A stretch of 64,000 nucleotides of DNA from Octopus sinensis (taxonomy: Eukaryota), in contig NC_043008.1 in NCBI RefSeq assembly GCF_006345805.1, forward strand, positions 45,260,001 through 45,324,000, in the 5' to 3' direction. The position numbers were made by a program, and so were the translations under genes. Each line of letters opens with the position of its first letter. The first letter of the stretch is position 1. The notes under the pieces were generated by a model. The model was not told where the DNA came from. It saw nothing but the letters and a program-made list of their open reading frames with translations, and ran no database searches. This document shows, in pieces, positions 26,888 to 39,715 of the stretch.

Positions 26888-27806
26888 ATAAATAAATAAT
26901 ATATAACGTAAGATAAAAGTTCATCGTTTAGAATTTTTTTCCATTAAAAATTACTTTTCAGGGTAAGAGAAACCTATTTGTTAAAAGCCAGTGTCCAAAT
27001 AAAAATGAAGAAACCATATTTACATTCCCTATGGTCATTTCAGAGGTTCATCACCGTATTTAATGCACGAGGGTGCATCACGGGGAAAAAAAAAAAGAAA
27101 CACACCACGTACCAAGGCGAGACCTCCTTCACCAAACCTAATGCAATATTGCGCGGTTTCTTATTTAAACACGATGGACTGTATTCACACATTTTTTTTA
27201 TATGCTTGTATTGATGAGTTGTGTTTCATCTTCAGTGATTTTATGCATGTGTATTCTATATGAAAGAAAAAGCATTATGTGATTAAATGTTCGAGATATG
27301 AAATGTTATGTGGATGACCTTATATTTGTTTGTTCTGCAACCATAGTTTAATATATTTGTCTCATTTAATTGAGCACTTCTATAGCAGCCCTATTAAACA
27401 TTTTGTTCCTGACAAGAAACAATCACTTTATTATTAATATATATATATTAGAAGAAATGAGGTAATTAGAAGATCGGATGGTTTATATTTACAGATATTT
27501 ATTTATATATTACATTTTTTACATATATATCATATCACTTAGATCATTAGCGCTTTCTCCCATTCTAGTGGGGTTTTCAAATCAAAATAATTCCTTTGTG
27601 GGGAATTTTAATCATTTTATAGAGTTTCGTAGTGGTAGGGAGGAACAAGACAGCACAAGAGGGTGAGGTGGATGAGGAGAAAGTGAGAGAGAGAACATGT
27701 GTGTATGTGTATGTGTATGGGACGGTCGGACAAGTTGTTTTGAGAAAATTTAGTTTAAATGTTTGACAACTCAGCACCGTCCATTGGACGGGGTGCGTTT
27801 TGCTCG

Positions 27807-27853
<47 letters not shown>

Positions 27854-27859
27854 AATTAA

Positions 27860-27885
<26 letters not shown>

Positions 27886-27890
<5 letters not shown>

Positions 27891-29090
27891 TAGATATGTT
27901 TAGACCAAAGATTGGTCCAGGCCATGTCCAACTTAATAGCACCACCTGATAGGATTATCTAAATCCTGTTTAAGTCAAGTTTTGATTATGGTCCATTTAA
28001 GTAGTGAGTTCTTGTTGAGTGAGTTGTATCCAGGTATGGGTGGCTTATCTGGAATTCTTTGAAGAAATCTGTGCAGACTCCGTTTAAAGTTGATGGGATC
28101 CTTTTCCTCTTTGATCTCTTTCGGGACAATGTTAAACAGGGCAGGGCCTGTTGAAGAAAATAATTTATGTTGCAGTGTGCATGTACGCTGTGATCTTGAA
28201 TTGGGCAGGGGACGTATGGCCCGTGGTCCCAGTCTTGGATGAACCTTGAAGCTAATGTTCAGGTCGTTTGGGCAAAGTTGGCGGTATATAATCCACATCG
28301 TACAAATGATGTACCGCTCACGGCGACGCTGCAGATAATAGAGTTTCAAGGCTTTAAGGCGATCCCAATAATCGAGAGCAGCCATGCCTTCAATTCGTTT
28401 AGTGAGTGCCCTCTGGGGTGATTCAATCCTCGAGATGTTTTGTCTTGTATGGAGAGACCACAGTGGGCAGCAGTATTTGAGGTATGGCCGTACAAAGGAG
28501 GAGAAAAGTGGTATGATGACACCTTGTTCTCTGGACCGGAAAGTTCTTAAGATCCAGAAGCTCATCCTACGAGCTATATCGACCTTCTTGTTGATGTGTG
28601 CACTCCAACTGAGATCGTCATCAACAATTACACACAGGTCTCTGATATTGTTAGAGGCTGTGAGCGGTTCCCCTGAAGGAAGAGAGTATGGCTGTTTCAT
28701 TGAGGAATTTCTTCCAAAATGCATCAGCTCAAATTTTCCCTTGTTCAGTTGCATTTTGTTTCTGTCTGCCCATTGACTCACAGCATATAGATCAGACTGG
28801 AGTTGAGTTCGGTCTGCTTCTTCATTGACGATTTGCTGGAGCTTAGTGTCATCGGCAAATATTTTCACTTTGCAGTAATGTACGACACTGGAAAGGTCGT
28901 TTATGTAAATTATGAAGAGTAGCGGGCCCAAGACAGTTCTTTGGCGGACACCGCTGGTGACTTTTGCTGGGCTTGAGTGGACTCCATCAACTACAACATG
29001 TGTTCTATTCGCCAGGAAATACTTAATCCAGTGTAGAACTTTTCCACGGATTCCAGCATTTGCCAATTTTGAGAGTAGGATATTATGGTT
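27886..29090 (-). mobile_element. CR1-like LINE family B, 3' half (363-aa open RT/C-terminal frame at 27975-29066)
   Basis: [28 protein letters not shown] and LQRRRERY, with a distinct 3' UTR. Confidence 0.92.
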
Positions 29091-29102
29091 TGTAGGATAT
29101 TA

Positions 29103-29995
29103 TATTTGTTTTGGCCTTGTGCTCTGGGACATATTTCTGGCATATGGCTTGCACAGAAGACATGAAACATTCTAGTTTCATGTCAATGTCTGGTGTGGAG
29201 AGACATTCCGGCCAGTTCTCTCTGAGGATCTCTTTTTGGATCGATTTCCAATCTGCTTTGTGGAAGTTCAGATTGGAGAGATTTCGGGTGCTTCCTTTAG
29301 GCTGTATGTCTCTGGTTACTTTCGGCCCAAACAAACACAGCTCTATTATGTTGTGATCCGAAACTGATGTCGGTGTCACTTTCACATCATGAATGATGTC
29401 CATATTGTTCGTGAAGCAGAGATCCAGAATGTTATTCGCCCTAGTTGGCTTAAGTACAACTTGCTCGATGAATAAGGCATTGGTGAGGTTGAGCAGGGAC
29501 TCCACCTGTACTTGCTTGCAATGATTCATTCCTGAGAGTATGTGACCTTCGGCTCATTTGACGTTGGGGAAGTTGAAATCACCCATAAGAAATATGGTCA
29601 CGTGGTGTTCCAGATTCATGAGGATTTCTTTAATTCTTGTGAGGCAATCTTCAAACTTGCCTATGTGATTTGGGGCATCCGGTGGGCAATATGTATTGCA
29701 TATGACTATATTATGTTGTCTTATGTATACAATTATAGTGTCACATACCGAATTTGAGTATGTCATTAAGACCTGGGGTGTGAGGTCATCTCGGATGTAT
29801 ACAGCAACTCCACCATGGCTCCTTTCCCTTCTGTCTGTTCGCAGTATGGCATAGTTTGGTATGTGTACTTCTGCGTCCTCTATATCAAGGTTGAGGTGAG
29901 TTTCCACAAGTGCTATGCATAGGGCTTGATTGCATGCAGTAAGATCTCTCAGGAAAGAAATTTTGTTTCTATTTTGATGCAACAGACCCCCAACA
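29103..29995 (-). mobile_element. CR1-like family A endonuclease segment fused to the family B 3' half
   Basis: Highly similar to 10193-11075. APE motifs LVETHL, GGVAVYI, GDFNFP and SDH. Confidence 0.92.
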
Positions 29996-29998
29996 TAT

Positions 29999-30087
<89 letters not shown>

Positions 30088-30275
30088 ATATATATAAAAT
30101 TACAAATTGAGATAGGGGTTGTGAGTGCAACCCTCCATGGGATAATATATATCCAATATACTGCTAGTAAAGCACCCAACAAAGTTAATACATAAATGTT
30201 AAGAATTTGATAGGGTATTATCTGTTAGTTGATTATTGATTAAGATGTATTTCTCCATTTTTCTTATTTTGTACA

Positions 30276-30334
<59 letters not shown>

Positions 30335-30919
30335 CAAAATAAGCAACATGGATATCCAGAGGTAATGCAGTAAGATCGTGTCATGCATTTAATTGAATAA
30401 TGCAATCATTATATCATTTGAAAAATGCAGAGCAAGCTTCAACTGCTCAAATACATATAATTTAATTAAATTAGAACAGATGGACCATTTGTATAATTAT
30501 ACCTAAAATCTCCAAGAAGTTAAGGAGATGAACAAAGAACATGCTGTCCCACTCCAGTTTAGGAGTTACTGAATTTTCAAGAACATATACATTGTTACAG
30601 ACTCTGCCTGTAACTGATGTTTTTGTTTTTAAGGGGTCAGTTTTAATTTATAGATTAATTTATCAAATCCCTTGTATATACATGTGGGACAGCATGTTCT
30701 TTGTCTATTTCCTTAACTTCTTGGAGATTTTAGGCAAAATTATACTAATGTGTCCATCTGTGTTAATTTAATTAAATTATATGTCTTTGAGCAGCACAGG
30801 ATTGCTCTGCATTTAAATTGATGTAATGGTTGCATTGTTCAATTGAATGGAGTTGCATGAAACAATCGTACTGCATTACATCTAGATATCCTTTTTGCTT
30901 ATTTAGATATATATATATA

Positions 30920-31535
30920 TAAAATGGGACAAGATCGTAAAACATCTGGACAGCTAGGTGATGCAAAAAGAGACAACAAATCATCCAGATAGACAATACA
31001 AAGAAAACAAGGACGGGTCATTCGAAGTTTTCTTTCCTCAGTCAAGCACCAGATTATCCTCGCAATTTCGGCTGATTATTCCTGAGATTGCTCCAATCTG
31101 GCCAGCCCCTAGGAAAAAATAAGCTAAGAGCATTAGATTCCTTGGAAGAAAGCAGCGAATGTATACAAAAACAAGGACGGAAAAAACGGACAAATTTACA
31201 CAAATATAAATACAATGAAAAAATACAATAAAATTAATAACAGGACATAACAACAGGTGTCTTTCGACTAGGGACGAATTGAATTAAGCTGGTGCATGTG
31301 GAAATGAAGCCTTATGGCAGAGAACGAAAATTTCACAAACACAGAGAAGAATATCGATGTTGCACGGACCACGGTCAGACCAAGAAAGAAAGAACAGGCT
31401 TGGCCGAGGCGGTCACGTCGGAAGAAAAAAGAGAGAAGTAGAAGCAGAGGGACAGAAGAATTAAGGAGGAGCGAGAAAAAAGGACACGGACACAGTGAAG
31501 TGAAAAGTGGAGGGAAAGTGAGTAAGAAGACAAGG

Positions 31536-31550
<15 letters not shown>
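30920..31550. mobile_element. Second copy of the probable Penelope-like repeat
   Basis: Shares about 356 bp with 14584-14939, then a purine-rich segment ending in (GA)n. Confidence 0.6.
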
Positions 31551-31570
<20 letters not shown>

Positions 31571-33593
31571 ATAGATATATATGAATGTAATAATGTTCAC
31601 GTGATAATGAAGTTGATATACGAACCATAATGATTTACATCTAAACCAATCAGCAAATGAATCTAATATAAGCAATTTGCTGATTCATTGTGTATCTCTA
31701 AGATACGAATATTTCAAGAGCATATTTTAGGTACGAATTCTCTACTTTATCCTGACTCCTTAATTATTGTTCTACACATTTTTTTTACAGCGGCAGTAAT
31801 AGATTAAAATCAAATCAATTGACAACACACACTTCATCGCTTCGATAAGCCCAATTAAAAGAAATCGATAATGAGATGTAATTAATTCAATCATATAAAC
31901 TCACGTGTCTAGACTATGAATCGTTATTTGGTTATGGTTGTAAATGAGATGATATGCCATCGCAGACGTGCCTACAGAACAATGTTTCTATTCTAAGATG
32001 TGGCTATTTCACTTATCTTCCACCAGAAGAATGACAAGGAAAACACAGCAACAGTAATATCCTGCCACCTCACTGGATGTCAATAGCCATAATTTCCCAT
32101 TCCTCAAATACTTATAGTGGGCAAACTAGGAGAGGTATATCATATTCCAGTGTGTAGTTGTTTTTCTGTAACACCAGTTGAATCCTGATCTTCCGACGTG
32201 ACCGCCTCGGCCAAGCCTGTTCTTTCTTTCTTGGGCTGACCGTGGTCCGTGCAACATCGATATTCTTGCAGAACCACGATCAAAGACATTCCAGCCATTA
32301 TTAGCCGCCTCTTTAGGGTATGGGAAAGTATACAATCAAATCTATTTCTTCCTCATTTGAGATGGTAGATTGACGGAAATTTGACTGCTATTAATAATAA
32401 GTCAAGCTATTTCACACAGGCTGTTTTATTGTTTCTTATAATGCTAATATTGTTAAAAGTGATGACCTGCGTTGGACGTACAGTATTTAGGCTTTCCCAC
32501 GAAATTAAGAGTTAAAAAATTCTTTTGGTGGAAGTTATCATTTCCTTCCGTCTCATTTTGACAACTGATTGGAAGTATTTGACTTCATTTAGGAAACAAA
32601 CTGTTTTAAGAAAGAATTTATACTGCAATTCATATTATTCTCTCTCTTAAATATTTTATATGCATATTTAATTGGAGAATAGTGTCACATGGACAAATCA
32701 ACCGACTTGCCTTTCTATTCGTACAGTAACACTATACATTGTATATGAATGGTACACCGATGGAAATTTTATTTAAGCTTCTTAAGGTGTCAGTAAATCA
32801 TTAGTTTTCTTATATATTTTTGCATTCTGGAGAGATTATTCTTATAGATAGAAAAAGAATGAAAGTTGATATCGGCGGATTTTGTACTCGAAGAACAGAG
32901 ATCTGGAATAACTACTGTTATCTCCAGATCTAAATCGTTTACTAATTCGATTGTCACATGTAGGTATGAATTATTTAAGAACTTACGCTCAGGAATTATA
33001 ATTAGCCCATCAGACACTCGCCAACGTTAAATTTCTATAAGATGTTTACCTCATTGAACTGTAACCATACATTATACTTGTAATTTACGGGAGGCAACAT
33101 GGAAACTTTTATGCCATTATTTGTCTTATTAGAAATAGCAACCAAATCACTCTCGAACCACATCCACTATGTTAATATGTCCACTCGCAGAAGCTGTGTC
33201 AATTGCCCAGCCAGCTACAAGTTGTTAGCACATCAGATCCTATCGCCTTAAGAAAGACATACGATATCTATCAATCTATCTGTGTGTGTGTGTGTATCTG
33301 TCTGTCTCTATTACAGAATTCAATAGGAGATAACTTGATTATCTATAATCCAATCTATCAGTGAGTAGAATCATGCCATTTGCTTGTAAAAGAAAAAATG
33401 TTTCAGCTAATCCTGTTGTAATTAGTTAACCTTATAAAGTGTTGTTTACACCTATTGCTAAAGAAAAAAAATTATGTGGCCACTAATTGACAAAAAGGCT
33501 TCTGAAAAACCTGTGGCGTTCCGAAACTCTGAAAGTCTAATGTTTATTATGATGGCAATGAGAGATAAACCACCTAGTGTGATGTCAAATATA

Positions 33594-34015
33594 TAACACC
33601 GTGTAACAAAATTTTTGTCCTTGGGTCGCAACAGTTATTTTCTATTTGCTTACCCCTAGAAAGCATGAAAAATGGCTAATATTTCCTTCAAACTTTGCTT
33701 TTGTTACATTTATTCAAACCCCAAAGAATCCCTCTCGCCACATGGCTTTGATGGTACCTCACTACTACTGCTCATGATATGATATACACATATTTCAGCC
33801 ACAAAGAGACATGCTCAATTATGGCTATAACGATATTTCTGCTTCAGCGACGAATCTGTCTGAAGTGTAATGGAAAATAGGTCAGTTTCAAAAACATTGA
33901 ATCTCAGGTCACGAAAGCAAAGTTTGAAAGGAAAAGTAATCTTTTCCTTTGATTTCTAGGTAAAAGGAAATACGAAATAATACTAATGAACGGGAAAAAA
34001 TGGTTACAGTGTGTT
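33594..34015. mobile_element. MITE-like element with imperfect ~110-bp terminal inverted repeats
   Basis: Left taacaccgtgtaacaaaatttt...cctagaaa...ttcaaactttgcttt versus right aaagcaaagtttgaa...tttctagg...aaaaaatggttacagtgtgtta. Confidence 0.6.
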
Positions 34016-34691
34016 ATTTTCTTAGAAACCGTGTTTAACATTTCCTGAGGATAAAATTTGCAGACTATATAATTATTTACACCAGACCATATAATTATTT
34101 ATTTAACTCTGAGAAAGATTGCTTCAGGAACCTAAATTATCTGAGTGGTAATCCCAATTTATAGCGTCTATAAGAAAACACAGGTAGTTGATTTCGAGCG
34201 AAATTTTTTTAAAGTAGTAATTTCAATAATCACATTACACTAAAATCTGTACTTGCTGTAATCTTTTTCCTTTTATTGCAGAGTGTAGCATCCACATGAT
34301 TCACCATTAAATTTAATCGATATTTCAATATTACGTATTGGAGCTTAAGACAGTCGTTCTCACAAAGCTGTCAGTACAGATATGTCAAATACCTTTAACG
34401 AGTAATACTTTAGTTATGAAGGTAGGTTTTGGAAATTATAATTTTAAAGGTGTAAAATTTTCAATAGTCTTACTTAAATATCTTGACTTATGTACTTCAT
34501 ATTATTTTCGAAAACAATTCACTGCTAATGATATGTAAGATTCGAGTATATAAAGAAAACGAACTGCTTTCAATATCCTGTAAAATTAAAGAATATAATA
34601 AAAATAGTTTTCGACAGTGTGCCATCACAAATGAGCAAATAGGTGTTGTTGAATAGCTATAAATTATATGATTGGCATTATTATAAATACC

Positions 34692-34922
34692 TATTTCTTT
34701 ACTACCCACAAGGGGCTAAACACAGAGAGAACAAACAAGGACAGACAAACGGAATAAGTCGATTACATCGACCCCAGTGCGTAACTGGTACTTAATTTAT
34801 CGACCCCGAAAGGATGAAAGGCAAAGTCGACCTCGGCGGAATTTGAACTCAGAACGTAACGGCAGACGAAATACGGCTACGCATTTCGCCCGGTGTGCTA
34901 ACGTTTCTGCCAGCTAGCTGCC
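34692..34922 (-). mobile_element. tRNA-derived SINE (family 3)
   Basis: Head ggcagctagctggcagaaacgttag, B box gagttcaaattcc, central gcctttcatcctttcggggtcgataaa and tail ccccttgtgggtagtaaagaaa. Confidence 0.85.
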
Positions 34923-34937
34923 GTATAAATACCGCTA

Positions 34938-35143
34938 TGGCGATGAGCTAGCGAAATCGTGAGCACGCAGAGCAAAATGCTTAACAGCATTTCGTCCGAC
35001 TCTATATTTTGAGTTCAGAATCCGTTGAGGCCGACTGCCTTTCATGTTTTCAGGGTCGATATAAGTACCTGTCGTGCCCTTAGGTCGATGCAATGGACTT
35101 ATCACCTCCCCCACAATTGTTGGTTTTGTATCAAAATTTGAAA
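34938..35143 (+). mobile_element. Older SINE family 3-related copy, head-to-head with the previous one
   Basis: ggcgatgagctagcgaaatcg...gagttcagaatcc...gcctttcatgttttcagggtcgat. Confidence 0.75.
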
Positions 35144-36274
35144 TGGCATCTTGAGTGATTTCTGAATATTTTTGCTTTTTTTTAAAGACTCGTCTCCTTC
35201 CGCATTAATGTATGCAAAATGTAAGAAGGTTAATACTGAACGTCAATCTTTCCAATATATTTGGAGAGAAACGTACAATTTTACTCACCAATTGGAAATG
35301 TAAATAATATGATTAACACCTAGTGATATTGTGGGACAAAATATGGAAGAGCTGTAAATTTAATGAGTAAACAAAGCAGGATGATTTCAATGTAGAGAAC
35401 GGCTTTACAAAAATAACATAGAATCAGACAAAATATATTTGACATGTATTCGTGGCTAAAGTTGAAAAGTACAAAACGGGGATTTTGTAAAAATGTATTT
35501 GATGGGTGTTCCTGGTATTGTACGATCGAAAAGAAACAAAATTCTCTCTGTAAGGAAAGGTATATGATGAGTAGAAGAAACGCCAGTGGAGCTGACAATT
35601 CACTTAAAATACTAATGGCGGAAGTTCCAGTTCCAATTCTTTCAATAGCACGTGATGAAACCACAGATGTCCAAGAAACACATCGTGCTGGAGTATTTTT
35701 TAGTTAGGAGTAAAAGCAACTTGTATCATTGTTGAGGAGTTCAAGTGGAATCTATCAACGGCCAGAACACAGAAAAATCCCTAACTACATCGTTCCAGTC
35801 ATCAATATTGTCCCATTAAAGCTATCATTACCCGTAATGACTGACAGAGTGGTAGTAAAGAAAAAAAGCTGGATAAATGAAAGATACTGTAGAACTGCGT
35901 GAAAGACAAAAGGACAGCAGCGATGTGAAGAGTTGTGATTCTGTCTCGAGGATTCAAATGATGCCAGTTTCCGTAGGGTTTGTACGAATGAGAAAATCAG
36001 TATGAAGACTTGATTTACTTTGTTGCACGATCTTGCTCTGACGTGATAATAAGTTAGAAAGAGGACAAGCATTACAGGAAGCATTAATTACATTTCTTGC
36101 GAATAAAAACAAGGATATATAACTTGATGATCTTAAATCGTTTTCAGTCCTTTCGTTTCTAATAGATGTACCATTTCATTTATAGGATCGGAATTTGCTA
36201 TTTGAGGAAGAAATGAATCAGCTTTTACACGCACACTCACACGCGCGCGCGTGTGAGTGGAGGTGTATATTTTT

Positions 36275-36456
36275 TATCTGTTTCAGTCATTAGACTGCAG
36301 CGACACTGGGCCACGACCTTTAATTTTTATCGAATGAATAGACCCCAATACTTTTTTAAAGTCTGGTACTCATTCTATCGGTGTATTTTGCCGAATCACT
36401 AAGTTATGGGGACATAAACACACTAACAGCGGTTGTGAAGTGGTGACGGGTTTCAA

Positions 36457-36531
<75 letters not shown>

Positions 36532-36682
36532 CATATATATATATATATACGACGGACTTCTTTCAGTTTCCGTCAACCAAATCCACTTACTAGACTTTAT
36601 TCGGCCTCTGACTATAATAGAAAATACTTGCTCAAGGTACCACACAGTGGGACTGAACCAGCAACCATGTGGTTGGAAACTG
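36275..36682 (-). mobile_element. SINE family 1 with internal microsatellite
   Basis: Homologous to 53980-54340. Confidence 0.8.
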
Positions 36683-36989
36683 GTGCTGCTAGCTGGATAA
36701 AAAACGTCTCCATACAGTCGGAGAGAGGAAATCTAAAGACAAGAAGAACATATTTGTGGCTGTGATACGTGACTCAACAACTAATTTTACCTTTCGGTGA
36801 CTCGCTCACGTATATCGTTTTCAGTGCATTTCATATTCAGTTTAATGTGAAAGTAAACATTGTAGCAGATACGACTCAGATCAAAACTATTGAGATATAG
36901 CGCAACGATCTATTTAAATCTAAATTACATGTAAAACATGTCTCTCTAGTTGAGGTCTACAACAAATATTTTTTTTAAAATCTGGGCCT

Positions 36990-37582
36990 TGTAACGAACT
37001 TAGTGTGAGTGAATATCTTGTCTTGTACTTTCGGGGTACAAGAAAGCAATCACTCACTAGCCGTTGCTTTAATAATCCAGAATTCTACCAGTCAGAAACA
37101 ACAAGACGCAGACGTAAAATATACATATAACTACTTTATTCTCTTTCTTGGTAACAATAACAATAAGTGTGTTATCTGATGTCCTTGGTTCTGGGCGCGC
37201 AAGGCTGAAAGTTAATAGATTGTAATATTTACAATATTCAGCCGCTAAAACAGAACGGGTCAAAATGGCGTCGAACAATGGAGACGATGTTGGTCTGCAA
37301 CAATTTGGTTAAAGGCCTTTTGGTAAGGACTGCTAGAAGCTAGTTCGAACGGAGAGAAAATATATCGTGACCGTTGCCTTCGATAGCCATGTCTCAAAGT
37401 CACCCCTGACTGCTGCTAGCGGTCAAACGTTCTACGATCCCCCTGCCTTGGCCAGGGTCGTGCTTCCGGTGGTTCGCGCATGCGCGAGAGGGCCCTTCCT
37501 TTCTGTGCCTTGGTGAAGGCACCAACACGCGAGAAATACAAATGGAATGTGAGCGAGCGCGCACCGCTATAGGGTCACTACA
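36990..37582 (-). repeat. 3' LTR
   Basis: tgtaacgaac...gtcactaca, with 5 mismatches seen by eye versus the other LTR. Confidence 0.95.
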
Positions 37583-37594
37583 AGGCTCCCCTCC
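37583..37594 (-). promoter_or_regulatory. Polypurine tract
   Basis: The minus strand reads GGAGGGGAGCCT, abutting the 3' LTR. Confidence 0.75.
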
Positions 37595-39103
37595 AGTGCG
37601 TACGCACGAAAGGAAACTTATTGTAGTGACTGCAAAACTCAAGGTGGACACCAGATAACCAAATAGCACACAATAATATAATGGCAAAAATTATAACTTA
37701 CACAAGAAATTTACTAAAGGAAAAAGAGAAAAATACTCAATGAGCAAAAATCAAGAGTGCATGCATGAAAGTGTATACGTCACAAAGTATAAACCCTTCC
37801 GCTGAAAGGAGCGGAGGGAAAGCAAAACTCACAGTCAATGAACCTAGGCGAAATTAAAATCCAACTTCTCTAAAGGTGGTTGATCCTGCAAAATAGCAGT
37901 TAAATCAATTGTTGCAGGAGAGGAAATGGAATTGACAGAAGCTCGCTAGTAACACAAAAGGCAAAAGTGCAAACATGCTGGTGTGATGCGCGACACAGAT
38001 AATTTTCTGTTAATTACGTGACCAACAGTGGTCTAACAGGGAAAAATAATTACGCCTAACCATGGCGCAGCGCATGTGAACATCCGACGTCCTATGAGTC
38101 GGGAAAAGAATTAAGCTAGCGCAAACGTGTTGCAAAAAACAAGGCAATACACGTGCGAAGCAAGGCGCATGAAATGCAATAGTGCTTGCCAGACCGAAAA
38201 ACAGCAAGAATATGCCAGTGGTTGAGCGATTATATGCCTCGTTCGTACAGGAACAAAGGTATGACATGCTGGCGCGTTATAATGGACAAACAACCCTCTC
38301 TATGTATACGTGACCGCTAGGGTCTATAGAAATGAGGGGTGTCCACAAAAGGCAAATTTAGCATGGAAAAGAAACAAGCGAGAAAAGCATGTGTGACGTA
38401 TGTATGTGAGAGAGAGCATTTATGTGTGTGTACGTGTGTGCGACAGAAATACATACAAGGTGAATGCGAGCAAAATATAAAAAATACAGCGCATAGAAAA
38501 ATGTCTCTCATGTGCTATTTCAGACAAGAGTTATTTTACCAGTCTGTAATAGCCTGAAGCACAATAGCAGTTCGTTCTGTAACAGAAATGTTGAAATCAC
38601 AAAATGCAGATGCGGGTTGAACACATATCGTGTAACGGTTGTGGCTTCGATGCTGTGACAGGTTAACTGGAACAGAAGAATCTCGTAGATAGACGGTGCT
38701 GTGAATCCTTGGTGTGCATATGCACAAAACAGCGTGCACGCTAAAGTTCCGCGAGTTGCTATGTACATCTTGTGGAGGTCGACGGTGTTGAAAGGCGACG
38801 GTGGTGGTGGCGACTGTAGTGGACTTGAGACAACATCGTTCTTAGTGATGATGGCGACGAAGATAACGACGACGTGAAGTAGAAAGACGACGATGACGAT
38901 GACGAAGGTGGAGAAAAGGCATCGATGATGTGATGGCGTTCGTCATCATGGCTGTAGAATAAGAAAGAGTCTCCTTCTACAACTGTTTGTGGTGGCCGGA
39001 AACAAATCGTCGAAAGATGAATGCGTAGAGTTAATCGTGTTCCGACTTCGCAGAAAAACTGGATTTTTTTTTGTTGATAAGTGATCTCTGGTTTTAGACC
39101 AGA

Positions 39104-39121
39104 ATCACGTCGGGGTCACCA
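39104..39121 (-). promoter_or_regulatory. Primer-binding site, tRNA-Trp
   Basis: The minus strand reads TGGTGACCCCGACGTGAT, 1 nt from the LTR. It is complementary to the 3' end of metazoan tRNA-Trp. Confidence 0.9.
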
Positions 39122-39122
39122 C

Positions 39123-39715
39123 TGTAACGAACTTAGTGTGAGTGAATATCTTGTCTTGTACTTTCGGGGTACAAGAAAGCAATCACTCACTAGCCGTTGC
39201 TTTAATAATCCAGAATTCTACCAGTCAGAAACAACAAGACGCAGACGTAAAATATACATATAACTACTTTATTCTCTTTCTTGGTAACAATAACAATAAG
39301 TGTGTTATCTGATGTCCTTGGTTCTGGGCGCGCAAGGCTGAAAGTTAATAGATTGTAATATTTACAATATTCAGCCGCTAAAACAGAACGGGTCAAAATG
39401 GCGTCGAACAATGGAGACGATGTTGGTCTGCAACAATTTGGTTAAAGGCCTTTTGGTAAGGACTGCTAGAAGCTAGTTCGAACGGAGAGAAAATATATCG
39501 TGACCGTTGCCTTCGATAGCCATGTCTCAAAGTCGCCCCTGACTGCTGCTAGCGGTCAAACGTTCTACGATCCCCCTGCCTTGGCCAGGGTCGTGCTTCC
39601 GGTGGTTCGCGCATGCGCGAGAGGGCCCTTCCTTTCTGTGCCTTGGTGAAGGCACCAACACGCGCAAAATACAAATGGACGGTGAGCGAGCGCGCACCGC
39701 TATAGGGTCACTACA
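39123..39715 (-). repeat. 5' LTR
   Basis: Direct repeat of 36990-37582. Confidence 0.95.

Larger units (their letters stand above)
36990..39715 (-). mobile_element. Non-autonomous LTR retroelement (Gypsy-like structural signature)
   Basis: Two 593-bp TG...CA LTRs and a 4-bp TSD GCCT (36986-36989 and 39716-39719). The PBS and PPT define the minus orientation. No gag or pol motifs in the 1.54-kb interior. Confidence 0.93.

Noticed and set aside
35320-36084. Overlapping 87-114-aa ORFs in apparently unique sequence
   Set aside because: No motif or splice support; cannot be called without homology or RNA data.
39100-39121. tRNA-Trp gene
   Set aside because: Only the 3' ~20 nt including CCA is present, abutting an LTR, so it is a PBS.
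37583-39122. Short ORFs in the LTR element interior as gag, or a retrozyme in the LTRs
   Set aside because: All ORFs are under 100 aa without CCHC, protease, RT or integrase motifs, and no hammerhead core was seen in the LTRs.
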